NCBI RefSeq assembly: GCF_006345805.1
Contig: NC_043001.1
Location: forward strand, 122,760,001 to 122,824,000
Source: Octopus sinensis
Lineage: Eukaryota
DNA: 64,000 nt
Reading direction: 5' to 3'
Under the pieces are notes generated by a model that did not search any database, had not been told where the DNA came from, and saw nothing but the letters and a program-made list of their open reading frames with translations. Positions 1 through 11,651 of the stretch are shown here, piece after piece. Within the stretch, counting starts at the first letter, position 1. The number at the start of each line of letters is the position of its first letter. The position numbers and the translations under genes were made by a program.

Positions 1-550
1 GCGAAATGCTTAGCGGTATTTCGTCTGCTGTTACGTTATGAGTTCAAATTCCGCCGAGGTCGACTTTACCTTTCATCTTTTCGGGGTCGATAAATTATGT
101 ACCAGTTATGCACTAGGGTCGATGTAATCGACTTAATACCTATGCCTGTCCTTGTTTGTCCCCTCTATGTTTAGCTCCTTATGGGTAATAAAGAAATAGT
201 TATTTCGTCTGCCGTTAAATTCTGAGTTCAAATTCCGCCGTGGTCGACTTTGCCTTTCATCCTTTCGGGGTCGATAAATTAAGTACCAGTTACGCACTGG
301 GTCGATATAATCGACTTAATCCGTTTGTCTGTCCTTGTTTTTCCCTTCTGTGTTTAGCCCCTTGTGGGTAGTAAAGAAATAGGTATTTCGTCTGTCTTTA
401 CATTCTGAGTTTAAATTCCGCCGAGGTTGACTTTGTCTTTCATCCTTTCGGGGTCGATAAATTACATACCAGATGCGCACTGGGGTCGATCTATTCGACT
501 GCCCCGCCTCTCCCAAAATTTCGGGCCTTGTGCCTAGAGTACAAAAGAAT
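1..550 (+). mobile_element. SINE-A concatemer, three head-less units; last unit has the alternative (type 2) tail
   Basis: Three ~180-bp units starting TATTTCGTC with B-box GAGTTCAAATTCC; junctions AAGAAATAG(T/G)TATTTCGTC near 200 and 382. Confidence 0.9.
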
Positions 551-1114
551 TTACCGTACACAAAGCATCATAAACACTCAACTTGATCAACACATAAAAT
601 CAAGCTTAACCGACAACTCTTGATCTCAAACTGTTTGAATACTGATTAAACATTTTACTACACGCTCCAATATTAAATTGCACTTGACAATGCACATTCA
701 CACAGCGACACGTTTCAAATACAGGCTGGACCAAAAGTCACGCACCAAAACATTTGGCATTTATTAATACAGACATACCTCACCCTACGTCGTTAACTGG
801 TTCCAGGAGACACGATTTAAGTCGTTTTTCGACTTAAATCAAATTAACTTGTCTCTATGCTAGGCTAGGCTAGGTCGAATTTACTTGTCTCTAGGCTACA
901 CCGATAATAACCATTCCCAGGCCTGTACTTTATTTATGAATGCTTTTTCAACAACAGCTTACAAATAATTTTTAAAAAGCTTACAAATAATTTTTAATTT
1001 TTAATACAGTGCAGTAAAAAATACAATTTGAAGGTGTTTACCGTACATCGCGGACGCTTTATTTATGAATGTAGTTTGCAATAAGACATGGTAAAATTAA
1101 AGCCTTTTTTAAGC

Positions 1115-1335
1115 TTAAAAAATATATTCAGTTATTATTTTGTAATTGTAAAAAAAAGATGCAGTTTTATATTTAAGAGATGAGGAATTATGTACATTAT
1201 TTACATTATCTACATTTGACGGATATTTGTCCTCATCCTGGTTGTTGTTAACCCAACGTTTCGGTTGATATACCCTCCAGCCTTCATCAGGTGTTTTGGG
1301 GAAACTTCGAACCTGGGTTCTCATTCCCTAAGGTT
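1115..1335 (-). mobile_element. Penelope-like terminal repeat fragment with minimal hammerhead motif
   Basis: Minus strand AACAC-CTGATGA-A-GGCTG..CAACC-GAAA-CGTT-GGGTT (1295-1250); same family as 33475-33935. Confidence 0.7.
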
Positions 1336-1342
1336 CTCATTC

Positions 1343-1519
1343 GGGGGAGAGGATGAGTCGATTTACATCGACCTTAATGTCAAAGTGGTACTTATTTCAT
1401 CGCCCCTGAAAGAATGAAAGGCAAATCTCGGCGGGATTTGAACTCAGAATGTAGAGACGGACAAAATGGCGCTAAGCATTTTCTCCGACGCGGATTCGAT
1501 TCTGCCTGCTCACCACCTT
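1343..1519 (-). mobile_element. Diverged SINE-A (type 2 tail)
   Basis: Similarity to other SINE-A copies, e.g. GATTTGAACTCAGAA. Confidence 0.7.
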
Positions 1520-2744
1520 AGTACACTGTATTATTATTGCTGTGTCTTTAATTGTTTATCTATGTTATCTTTGTCATCTAAGCTTTTATATTTCGTCTTT
1601 CAGCTCTATCAAGATATATTTCAATACATGTACCTCGCTTCAGCTTTTGATAACTCATATAATTCTATTCCATTCTATTTTAGTTTAGTCTATTTCATTA
1701 GACTTAAAAATCTATTTGGAGTATCTCATCTGTAATATATTAATGAATCAAATTAATGATTCAGTCCATGTATTTCTATTTTGTTTTGTAGGAGGTTGTC
1801 AACCGAATAGCCTTACTCTAATTAGAGAAAGAAGACAGAATATCAATTTAATTATATATTATCGTGATGCTTCATTCCCGTTCATTCAACATACAATTAT
1901 ACGTACGAAAACATTAATTGGAATCTATAGCAATAAAAATACACACGTATGAACGTGGGAAAATAAGCTTAAAAGGTTTTCGATGGGTTGTTAATTAAGT
2001 ACCGAGGATAGATTAAGTCGGAATTGAAAGGACGTCGGACTCAAATGCTTTACGTTATCTGCTTAAATCTTGTCATGTCCTCATTTAAAATCCCACGTGG
2101 TTCGACTTTCTGGAGCGAGATAAAATTAATACCAGCATGCATGAGGTTGAGGTTATTTATCTGCATTAGAAAACATCCAAAATAATAACACCAGCGCGGG
2201 AATGAAAGCGCTTGGCCTAGTAGTCAGGAGTGTTCGGCTTATGATCAATTCCTGGCTAGGTTCAATTCCTGGACTGGGCTGTGCGCTGTGTCCCTAGAGC
2301 AAGTTATTTCATTTCATGGTACTCCAGTCTCTGCAGCTGCTATGAGTAGCAACTAAGTAGTGGTGCATATCTCTCTCCTTCCAGCTGTTACATCTTGTAT
2401 GTCCAAGGTGAAGGGGCCGAGAGGTTGTCAGTATTTTCTCGCACCTGCATAAACTAGATTACTTAACTTTTGATTTGAGTATGAAATATCTCCTCTTACT
2501 CATGGAAAACAAAATTCATTACCAAAACCTCTAGCTTAACCTTCATTTTAGTGACAATCGAAGTCGTATTTTTAATTTGATATTTTCTCTCTTCAATCTT
2601 TAATATTACAAAATTCGCATGACCTTTTTTTATTCAATGTGGTATTTCTTCTGCTTGAATTTCTTTGCCAATTGTTATCTCTCCCTCATTCTCTCTCTCT
2701 CCCTCTCTCGGCATCAATAAAAATAATAATAAATGCGCCCATTT

Positions 2745-2982
2745 AAAGCCTATCCAGGCTCATGGGCCCGGTTTCCCGGTTTCAATGGCGTATGTGTTCC
2801 CCAGATGGACAGAACGCCACTCCATCGCAGCGTTACTCATTTTTGCCAGCTGAGTGGACTGGAGCAACATGAAATGAAGTGTTTTGCTCAAGAACACAAC
2901 GCGTCGCCCGATCCAGGAATCGAAACCACAATCTTACGATCATGATGCTGACACCCCTAACCACTAAACCACGCGCCTCCAC
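2745..2982 (-). mobile_element. SINE-D head/body with tail E (V-domain-like CTGCGATGGAGTGGCG)
   Basis: A-box TGGTTTAGTGG and B-box GTTTCGATTCC on minus; body TGTGTTCTTGAGCAAAACACTT shared with 9293. Confidence 0.75.
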
Positions 2983-3409
2983 CGGTACCAATAAACACAA
3001 TACTAATTGTGAATGACCAGAGGACTCTGAGTCTCTTTGCCGTTTCTTCTTCATTTGTCTCCGCTTGGAAATCCTAAAGTTTACTATTCTTCTCTTCTTA
3101 CTTATCTTACTCTTTCCTTTCAAGATTGTATCCACATTAATATTTGTTTCTTTATTGGCCACAAGGGGCCGACAAAGAGGGGATAAACAAACATATGGGG
3201 ACATAGAACAATTAGAAAAAATATAAAAATAACGTATGATATGATGAATAATAACGAAAATGATAAATGGAAATGAGTTACTTGCCCCACCTCAAGCAGC
3301 CTCACCTACTTCCTTCGAATTCTGAGTCTTTCGGTATGTTTATACCGAAGTTTTCAATCAGTTCTTCATATTTTATATTATCCGGTATTTCTCTTATTTA
3401 CTTACTCAT

Positions 3410-3775
3410 TTACTCATTTACTTATTTCAGTCATTTGACTGTGGCCATGCTGGAGCACCGCCTTTAGTCAAGGAAATCGATCCCAGGACTTATTCTTTGG
3501 AAGCCTAGTACTTATTCTGTCGGTCTCTTTTGCCGAATCGCTAAGCATCGGTTGTCAAGCGATGTTGGTGGGGGGAGACCACAAACACAACACACAAACA
3601 TACACATATATACATACATATATACGACGGGCTTCTTTCAGTTTCCGTCTACCAAATCCACTCACAAGGCTTTGGTCGGCCCGAGGGTATAGTAGAGGAC
3701 ACTTGCCCAAGGTGCCACGCAGTGGGACTGAACCCGGAACCATGTGGTTCGTAAGCAAGCTACTTACCACACAAT
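3410..3775 (-). mobile_element. SINE-B (internal deletion)
   Basis: Both SINE-B modules flanking a (CA/TA) tract. Confidence 0.85.
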
Positions 3776-5322
3776 TATGTTAATTTTCCAATATGAAAAT
3801 CTACCCTTGTATTCTTTTATCTCTTTCAACCGACTCTCAGGCACCAAAACGCATGTTTGTCATCATTCTACATTTGATTTTCCTTCTAAGTTCGCAAATC
3901 TTATGTTCTTCCATCTTGTTGCTTTACTCACCAAATCCATATTTACGCCTTTCTACATAAAACATACATAACAATTGGGAGGGGAAGTTTGTAATTTCGT
4001 GTGCGTCTGCGATTCTTTTCTTCTTTTTATTTTGTGCCAGCGGGGAATGGGTGGGTTTGGCGTCTGGAGGAGGGGTGAGAGGGTATGGGTGGTGTGAGTG
4101 TGGGTTGGGGTTCCCATTAATCCTGACTTCCTCTCTTTCTCTTCCTCTGTTTCCTTCCTTCTACCACATTCAACGTTTCTTCCGCTTTCGATTTTGTTGT
4201 CTCTTCTATCTGCTCCGGTTCTTTCCGGGCTCCCTCCTGATTTTCTTTATTTTTCGGAGGGCAGTCCGCTCTAATGTGGCCCTTTTGTCCACCTTATAAG
4301 AAGCATTTCTACTCTAGCAGCTTCTTTATTATCGAAATAGCTTATGCAAATATCTTCTTGCTTTCCTGACAGACACAATCTTAATTCCATTAGATATTTT
4401 GCTGATCATTTTATGCTTCTTTTGTGAGATAGCTTCTCATGATGATGATATTTCTCCTTCTTTCTTTCAACAAGCTAAATTGTTGCTTGAGACCTGTTCA
4501 ATTCTGCATAGCTTCTGTCATATTATGAGTTATCTATGAAGGTGCGTGGCTCAGTGGTTAGAATGTTGCGCTCATGGTCGCAAAATCATGGTTCAATTCC
4601 CGAATCGGGCACTATGTGAAATTCGAAGCAAACCACTTCATCTCACGTGTGGTACACCATTCATCTGTTCTGCAATATCGTTTCGATGGAAGGAGTGAGA
4701 TAATGTACAGTACAAACATTTAATCAGCATTAAAAAATCATCTGCACAGGTTCTTCAGCAAGAATTTGCAGAACCATCCTCTATCGTCTAGGTCAGAGAT
4801 TCCATCATAATTAGAAGTTTCATAATGCTTAGTTATCTTAAAGGACCTTGTTAAAATTTCATTTTTCCTTTGAGTTGTTTGGTTTCGAAAAGTCAGTCCT
4901 ACACAGAATTTCTATCAAAGCTCATCTGTCTTAGATTTAATTAGTTTCTTGGTTACCATGAAATAAAAATGTTTACATGAATTCTTAAAGGAAAAATATA
5001 GCACTAAATAATGAGATTCTTTCAGTTATATTTTTACAGAAATTAATATCTTATTTTATAATAAGCTTCTACCGCTCGCCTGATCGAATATGAAGTATGA
5101 CGTTTATCTTCTTGATGTTAATAGCTTTAATCTCGAAGTATTTGTAATAGTATAAAATTACTACACCTTTCTGTTTTAACGTCTATGAATTAAACTATTA
5201 ATGAGGGTGTAAGGAATGTGAAACTAATATCAGAAAGAACATTCAACTCCTGCTTATGAAAATGAATAAAGCAACTCTGAAAGTGTTGAGCTCAACAAAA
5301 AATAGCTGAATCTATCTAAAAG

Positions 5323-5590
5323 TTGGGTTGTCCGGAAAGTTCGTGCCGATTTTTAAAGGAAAGAAAAAGGTCAATAAATACTGGCCATTACATTTTTTAT
5401 CAACCAAATACGAACCATTTTGTTGCGTTTCCATCTTTCCTTTAACTTGAAAATACCTTCTTCCCAGAATTGAGGTGGTTTCATGGCAAAGAATTCATCA
5501 AGGTATCTTCATCAAGTGCCGAAAATGAACTTTCTTATCTTTCATTTAAGAAGAGACGCGTAAGCAAAGCTTTCTTTTAACTAAAATTTT
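5323..5590 (-). mobile_element. mariner relic: terminal repeat plus transposase C-terminus
   Basis: Terminus TTGGGTTGTCCGGAAAGTT; minus translation DEFFAMKPPQFWEEGIFKLKERWK resembles the mariner C-terminus. Confidence 0.7.
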
Positions 5591-5623
5591 CCATAATAAA
5601 CTTATTTCCTGTAATCTGCAATC

Positions 5624-6018
5624 TTTTACTCTTTTACTTGTTTCAGTCATTTGACCGTGGCCATGCTGGAGCATCGCCTTTAGTCGAGCAAATCGACCCC
5701 AGGACTTATTCTTTGTAATCCTAGTACTTATTCTATCGGTCTCTTTTACCGAACCACTAGGTTATGGGGACGTATACACACCAGCATCGGTTGTTAAGCG
5801 ATGTTGTGGGGTACAAACACAGACACACAAACATATACATATATATATATACATATATACGACGGGCTTGTTTCAGTTTCCGTTAACCAAATCCACTCAC
5901 AAGGCTTTGGTCGGCCCAAGACTATAGTAGAAGACACTTGCCCATGGTGCCACGCAGTGAGACTGAACCCGGAACCATGTGGTTGGTAAGCAAGCTACTT
6001 ACCACACAGCCACTCATA
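5624..6018 (-). mobile_element. SINE-B, near full length
   Basis: tRNA-like head, internal (TA)n, (GTAAAAGA)n tail. Confidence 0.9.
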
Positions 6019-6569
6019 CGCATTATTAAGGAATATGGAATATTTGTAAAGTTCCGAAATTCTTCTGTTCTCATGTTATTTAGATTAATCATAGATTAAA
6101 ATATAATCAAGATAATTAAATTAGGCACAGGTTGTTCACATCAAGTTTTACTTACAGATTAAGGTTTCTCAAGCGTTCGCATTCAATTTTATTTAGAAAT
6201 TAAACATTTATTCTGGAGTTTTATGTTACCTGAATCCTAAATCTACTCAGTTCTCTTATCGAATATAGAAGATAAATTTTCAATATTAAATTCTCGTTCC
6301 AGATGAGAAGTGACCGCTGCTAGTGAATTAAGTTAAACGCGAGAAGAACTAAGCTTCTTTTTGGGTAATGTCAATGTTAAAACAAAACAAAAAAAAAACA
6401 AGGAAAGGAAAGAAAGAAAAAGACATCTCTCAACATTGAACTGAAGGAGTTTTACCAGCAGGTTTAACAAGAAACTATGAAAGACGTCAGGTACAATGAC
6501 CTAGAAATAGAAACGTAAGCCAGTGTTTCCATGAAACAATGATATCTTTTGTCTGTTTTATTGCCGTCT

Positions 6570-6710
6570 AACACTAACTGACCTGGCGAGATGTGATCTA
6601 AAATGCTTTTGAGATAAGGAGAGGGATTGTTGGAAATTATCCAGTCAGCAGCCATAAAGAAACTATAACAAACGCAATTGTCTCTTTCACACAGCTAGTG
6701 CTAATTTACT
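6570..6710 (-). mobile_element. Ancient non-LTR reverse transcriptase remnant (RTE-like)
   Basis: Minus translation ..CVCYSFFMAADWIIS resembles RT motif QGCxLSPxLFxxAxDWIM. Confidence 0.35.
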
Positions 6711-7014
6711 TGTTAAGGATGGGAGCTGAATACAGTAAATATTTATCTACACTCAAAACTATGAACCAATGAAAAAGCCTTTATTAAGGGTGGAGAGACT
6801 TTTTTAATACCAGGGGACAATTGCAAGTACATAAGAAAATTGGAAGTGTATCGCTTCTGTGCTCAGAAAAATAATGAATCTTTGATTTTATCAATTCAAA
6901 TGCTTTCAACTTATATTCAGTTACTGTCCGGATAATTTTAACGTTTAAACCGTTCTTGCCATATTTTCTTCCTTTTATAGAGGCATTGTTACCTGGTGGT
7001 TTCAGGGTCTTTTT

Positions 7015-7216
7015 GATCTGTTTCAGTCATTAGACTGCGGCTATGCTGAGGTACTTCCTTGAAGAATGAATCGACTCCGGTACTTATATTTTAAAGCCTA
7101 GTACTAATTCTATCGGTCTCTTTTGCCGAACTGCTAGGTTACCGGTTCGTAAACACACCAAATCCGGTTGTCAAGTGGTTGTGAGTGTGGGCAGAAACAC
7201 AAAACAAAAACACACA

Positions 7217-7273
<57 letters not shown>

Positions 7274-7344
7274 GTCTGTCTGGCTCCGTCTCTGTCTGTC
7301 AGTCTGTCTCTGTCTGTCTGTCTGTCTCTCTCTCTTTCTGTCTG

Positions 7345-7402
<58 letters not shown>

Positions 7403-7510
7403 ATATATATATATATGTATATATATACACATACACATAAATTCCACACAGCCTTGATTTTGTTGTCTCATTATATATGTATGTATGTATGTATCCATAT
7501 ATATATACGT

Positions 7511-7577
<67 letters not shown>

Positions 7578-7580
7578 AAT
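7015..7580 (-). mobile_element. SINE-B 3' module running into a compound microsatellite (TATC/TC/TA/CA)
   Basis: Module 7015-7200, then ~380 bp of mixed simple repeats. Confidence 0.8.
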
Positions 7581-7880
7581 ATTAAAAATGAACAATCTTG
7601 CTTGCAATGTTACACAGCCAAACTGGCGCATAAGTGGAAAATATTCTGAATTAAGGTTTTCTCTGAAATGTGAATAGAAACGGAATAAAACAAGTTTCGC
7701 GTAACTCGGACAATTGGTTCTTGAGATATTGGGATTTTGTGAGTATAAATATCCAGAACGCTGCATAATGGGAAATACTTCGAAAATAATATAACCCCGA
7801 AAGGGTAGAAACTCTAACCATTCGATTAAACACATTAGTGACTTTAACTTGCCAACGAAAAAAATACGAGTTGCTTTTTA
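7576..7880 (+). repeat. Unclassified dispersed repeat (inverted relative at 25985-26285)
   Basis: CTTGCAATGTTACACAGCCAAACTGGCGCATAA here; reverse complement at ~26230-26260. Confidence 0.65.
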
Positions 7881-8759
7881 CAGTAAATGTTTCTATTTTC
7901 GCTTTTTTAAAACACAATATTTTAATCAATTATTTTAATATTTTTAAGTGAATGTGATTTCAAAAATGTAAGTTGTTTGTACGGTAAGTATCTATATTTT
8001 AGCTTTCTTTAAAAAGAGAATATTTAATTTTTTCAAGTGAATACCAGGTCAAAAATTTTTTTGGCATATTTAATAAATATTTTAATGTGAAAATACAGTA
8101 AATATTTCGTAAAAGACCCGTTCATAACCTACCAAATCCACTCGGAAGGCTTTGGTCGGCCCGAGGCTATAGTAGGAGACACTTGTCCAAGGTACCACGC
8201 AGTGGGACTGAACTCGGAATCATGTGGTTGGTAAGCAAGCTTCTTACCACACAGCCACTCGTATGCCGATATTGTTAGTAACAATAAAGTTATAAAAATC
8301 TATAGTCAAAATTTCGAGACCTCCACACTCTCATTTATATGCATTAAAATAGATTTGGATTCTCTGCATTGCTTTTTATACACTAATTTAAAAATGTATG
8401 TGTAAAAGTCAAGCCTCAGTCGGAAAACGTTGAGCACGTTTATGTGCAACACTGGATAAGATATTTTCGAAGAAAACTGATAGTTACCCGTGCAGAAAAG
8501 ACCGCCGACTTGGCGCCAGTCTTATCAAAGGACTTCAATAAACACAAACACGCACACACACACACTTACAAACAGACACACACAAATATATATGCATTTG
8601 TATGTCAGTATATACATTGGCTATAAGCGACTGGCATATCTTCCTGGTTTAAATTTGAAAGAGATCCAATAATAAAATGTAATTGTAGTGTAGATCTTGT
8701 TACTGCTGTTGAGCGATCGATCGAAGCGGTATTCGTCCCTTGGGAGAAGTCTGAAACGA

Positions 8760-9079
8760 GGTCCTTTGCTATTCGTAAGACCCGCAGAAGAGGAAGCAGG
8801 TCACCCCCACCACCGACTCCGAGAGCATCGACGGATGGATAAATGCGCATCAAGGCTCAGCGGTTGCGTAGGAAGTCGGGGACAAGAAACAGGAAGAAAG
8901 TGTGAGAGAAAGTTGGGGCGAAAGAGTAAAACAGGGGTCGCCCCCACCCCCTGTCGGAGCCTCGTGGAATATTAGGCGTTTTCGCACAATAAATACACAC
9001 AACGCTCGGTCTGGGAATCGAAACCGCAATCCTCCGACCGCGAGTCCGCTGCCCTAACCACTGGGTCATTGTGCCTCCA
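8760..9079 (-). mobile_element. SINE-C head with tail C
   Basis: Reverse complement of the 41978-42290 copy. Confidence 0.85.
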
Positions 9080-9292
9080 CTGTTGCTGCTGTTTTTATTT
9101 TAAAAGTGCATGCTTGTTCGTGAAATTTGCCATTAAATGCAGCTATTGTGCTATCTTCTATCCAGCAATGACATTTCAACCGCAGCTACTGCCTTTTTAC
9201 TCAAACACATCATAGATATCTAAGACTACGCAGTAGTATGTACCGTATCCAAAGGGAAGTAATCTATCAGCTACTCTTTAATTGTGTAATTG

Positions 9293-9615
9293 TGAAGGCG
9301 TGTGGCTCAGTGGTTAGGGCATTCGGCTTACGACCGTAAGGTCGTAAGTTCAATTCTCGGCGACGCGTTGTGTCCTTGAGCAAGACACTTTATTTCTCGT
9401 TGCTCCAGTCCACTCAGCTGGCAACAATGAGTAATGTCTGGATTTCATAGGGCCAGCCTTGTCACACACTGTGTCATGCTGAATCTCCCTGAGAATTACG
9501 TTAAGGGCACACGTGTTTGTAGAGTGCTCAGCCACTTGCACGTTAATTTAATGAGCAAGCTGTTCCGTTGATCGTATCAGCTGGAACCCACGTCGTTGTA
9601 ACCGACGGAGTGCTC
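9293..9615 (+). mobile_element. SINE-D with tail D
   Basis: A-box TGGCTCAGTGG, B-box AGTTCAATTC, tail ..GTAACCGACGGAGTGCTC. Confidence 0.85.
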
Positions 9616-10437
9616 TTTTTTTAATTGTGAAATTAAACTGGTATTTTCTGCAAATGACGTTACTTTAATACAGTTGAATTATCTCAACGAAAAATAACTT
9701 TAAACATGTCAATAAAAGATAGATTGATTTATAAATCTTTCCACAATAAAGGGTAATGATATTTTAAGTAGTAGCTGACTTATGAAGTAAAAGGGTTAAG
9801 GAAGTAAGGTATAATTTAATAGAAATTCGGCTGCTATTTCTAAAAGTTAAAGTGACCACATGGCAGCCCCTATATTTGCTCGCGTGATTAAATACAAGAT
9901 TGGTGAGTGGAGAATAGTGCCCATTGACCTTTAGGCTTTTGGCTAACCGAGATGAGGATATGTATTCGATTATCTAATAAAAACCATATCAATTCACTTA
10001 TTCCACGAATGTTCTTAGGAAGTGCATAAATAACACAAATTTCTTTTTCACTAACATACAAAACCTTTGTGTCTCTTTTATTCAAAAGGCACGAAACGAA
10101 GTCGCCAAACACATATAATATACACACATTCACAGTCAACTATTAGAACTAAATTGATACAATGAGATCTGAGACCACCCACATATGAATGGTGGGTTAT
10201 TTTTATATATGGGTGCAGGAGACTGCATGGAAGGAATAGACAATCAAGGAGTGCGGTAAATGACCGCCAGCGACAGGTAGGTGAGAGGTAAGTTACCAGT
10301 ACAATAGTTAAAGCACTTCTTCCTTCCACTCTCCCCCACCCAAACGCCCCGTTTCCGCAACGATGACGAACCTTTTTCAATTTCTGACATACCACAACCC
10401 TTATTCATACGTCTGACCACAAATACTGGTTACATGT

Positions 10438-10884
10438 TTTGGCACAAGACCAGCAATTTCGGGGGAGAGGTAAGTCGATTACATCAACCCCATTTAAGGC
10501 GGTAAGCTGGCAGAAACGTTAGCTCGTCGGGCGAAATACTTAGCGGTATTTCGTCTGCCGCTACGTTCTGAGTTCAAATTCCGCCGAGGTCGACTTTGCC
10601 TTTCATCCTTTCGGGGTCGATTAAATAAGTACCAGTTACGCACTGGGGTCGATGTAATCGACTTAATCCGTTTGTCTGTCCTCGTTGGTCCTCTCTGTGT
10701 TTAGCCCCTTGTGGGCAGTAAAGAAATAGATTACATCAACCCCAGTGCTCAACTAGTACTTCCTTTATAGACTTCGGAAGGATGAAAGGCAAAGTCGACC
10801 TCGGCAGAATTTGAACATAAAGACGGACGAAATCCTGCTGAGCATTTCGCCCGTCGCGTTACTGATTCTGCCAGCTGGCCCCCT
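10438..10884. mobile_element. Nested SINE-A: + copy (10497-10728) inserted in a - copy
   Basis: Duplicated GATTACATCAACCCCA on both sides of the inner copy. Confidence 0.85.
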
Positions 10885-11360
10885 TGTCTAATCATAGATA
10901 TTGGTCATAAACATGGTCCAGCTACAACTTTGCCTTCATCCTTCCGATGTCGCTGAAATAATGCGATAAAATAAAGTACCAATCTTCAAGCTGTGGTTTT
11001 GATACAATCAAACATTCCCGATCACATCCAAATGCAGAAACCGGTAAAATGAATGCGTGTGCGCGCAGATATGCATATATATGCATATGTATAAACTGAA
11101 GGACAAATTAATACTTTTTAGAACAGTACATGTTAAATAACTTTGACAGTAATAGAAATATTAAAATTACTAAGTCTCTATGGAGCCGACCATGGCAACG
11201 ATTATTCTTATATCTATAAGAATGCCATATTAATATGGCGATAACAATTAACTTTGACAGTGGTTGACAGTAACATCGACATTTGTATATACTCTCCTTC
11301 TCTCTCCCTCACACACACACACACTCATACACTCACACATACATGCATACATACATATAC

Positions 11361-11582
11361 AGGCGAGGCTGTGTGGTAAGAAGCTTGCTTCGCAATCACA
11401 TGGTTCCGGGTTCAGTCCCACTGCGTGGCACCTTGGGCAAGTGTCTTCTGCTTACGGGGACAGAAACACTCCAGCATCGGTTGTCAAGCGATGGTGGAGG
11501 GACAAACAAGTCATATATATATATACATACATACATGCATACATACATACATACATATATACATACATACATACACATATAC

Positions 11583-11651
<69 letters not shown>

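Noticed and set aside
1-550. CRISPR-like or satellite array
   Set aside because: Units are ~180-bp SINE bodies with no unique spacers; eukaryotic context.
316-561. Recurrent peptides such as RNWYFIYRPRKDERQSRPRRNLNSE and MTTDAGVFTSP
   Set aside because: Reading frames through SINE-A and SINE-B copies, not a gene family.
6464-6655. Apparent exon FFMAADWIISNNPSPYLKSILDHISP with a GTCAGT donor
   Set aside because: Better explained as a decayed non-LTR RT motif (QGCxLSPxLFxxAxDWIM); no host protein recognised.
7168-7585. Long ORFs rich in IY, YLSI, TH and CV repeats (also at 11.3, 15.0, 20.4, 21.8, 46.3, 47.1, 60.2 and 63.0 kb)
   Set aside because: Translations of (TA)n, (TATC)n and (CA)n microsatellites, which lack stop codons in some frames.
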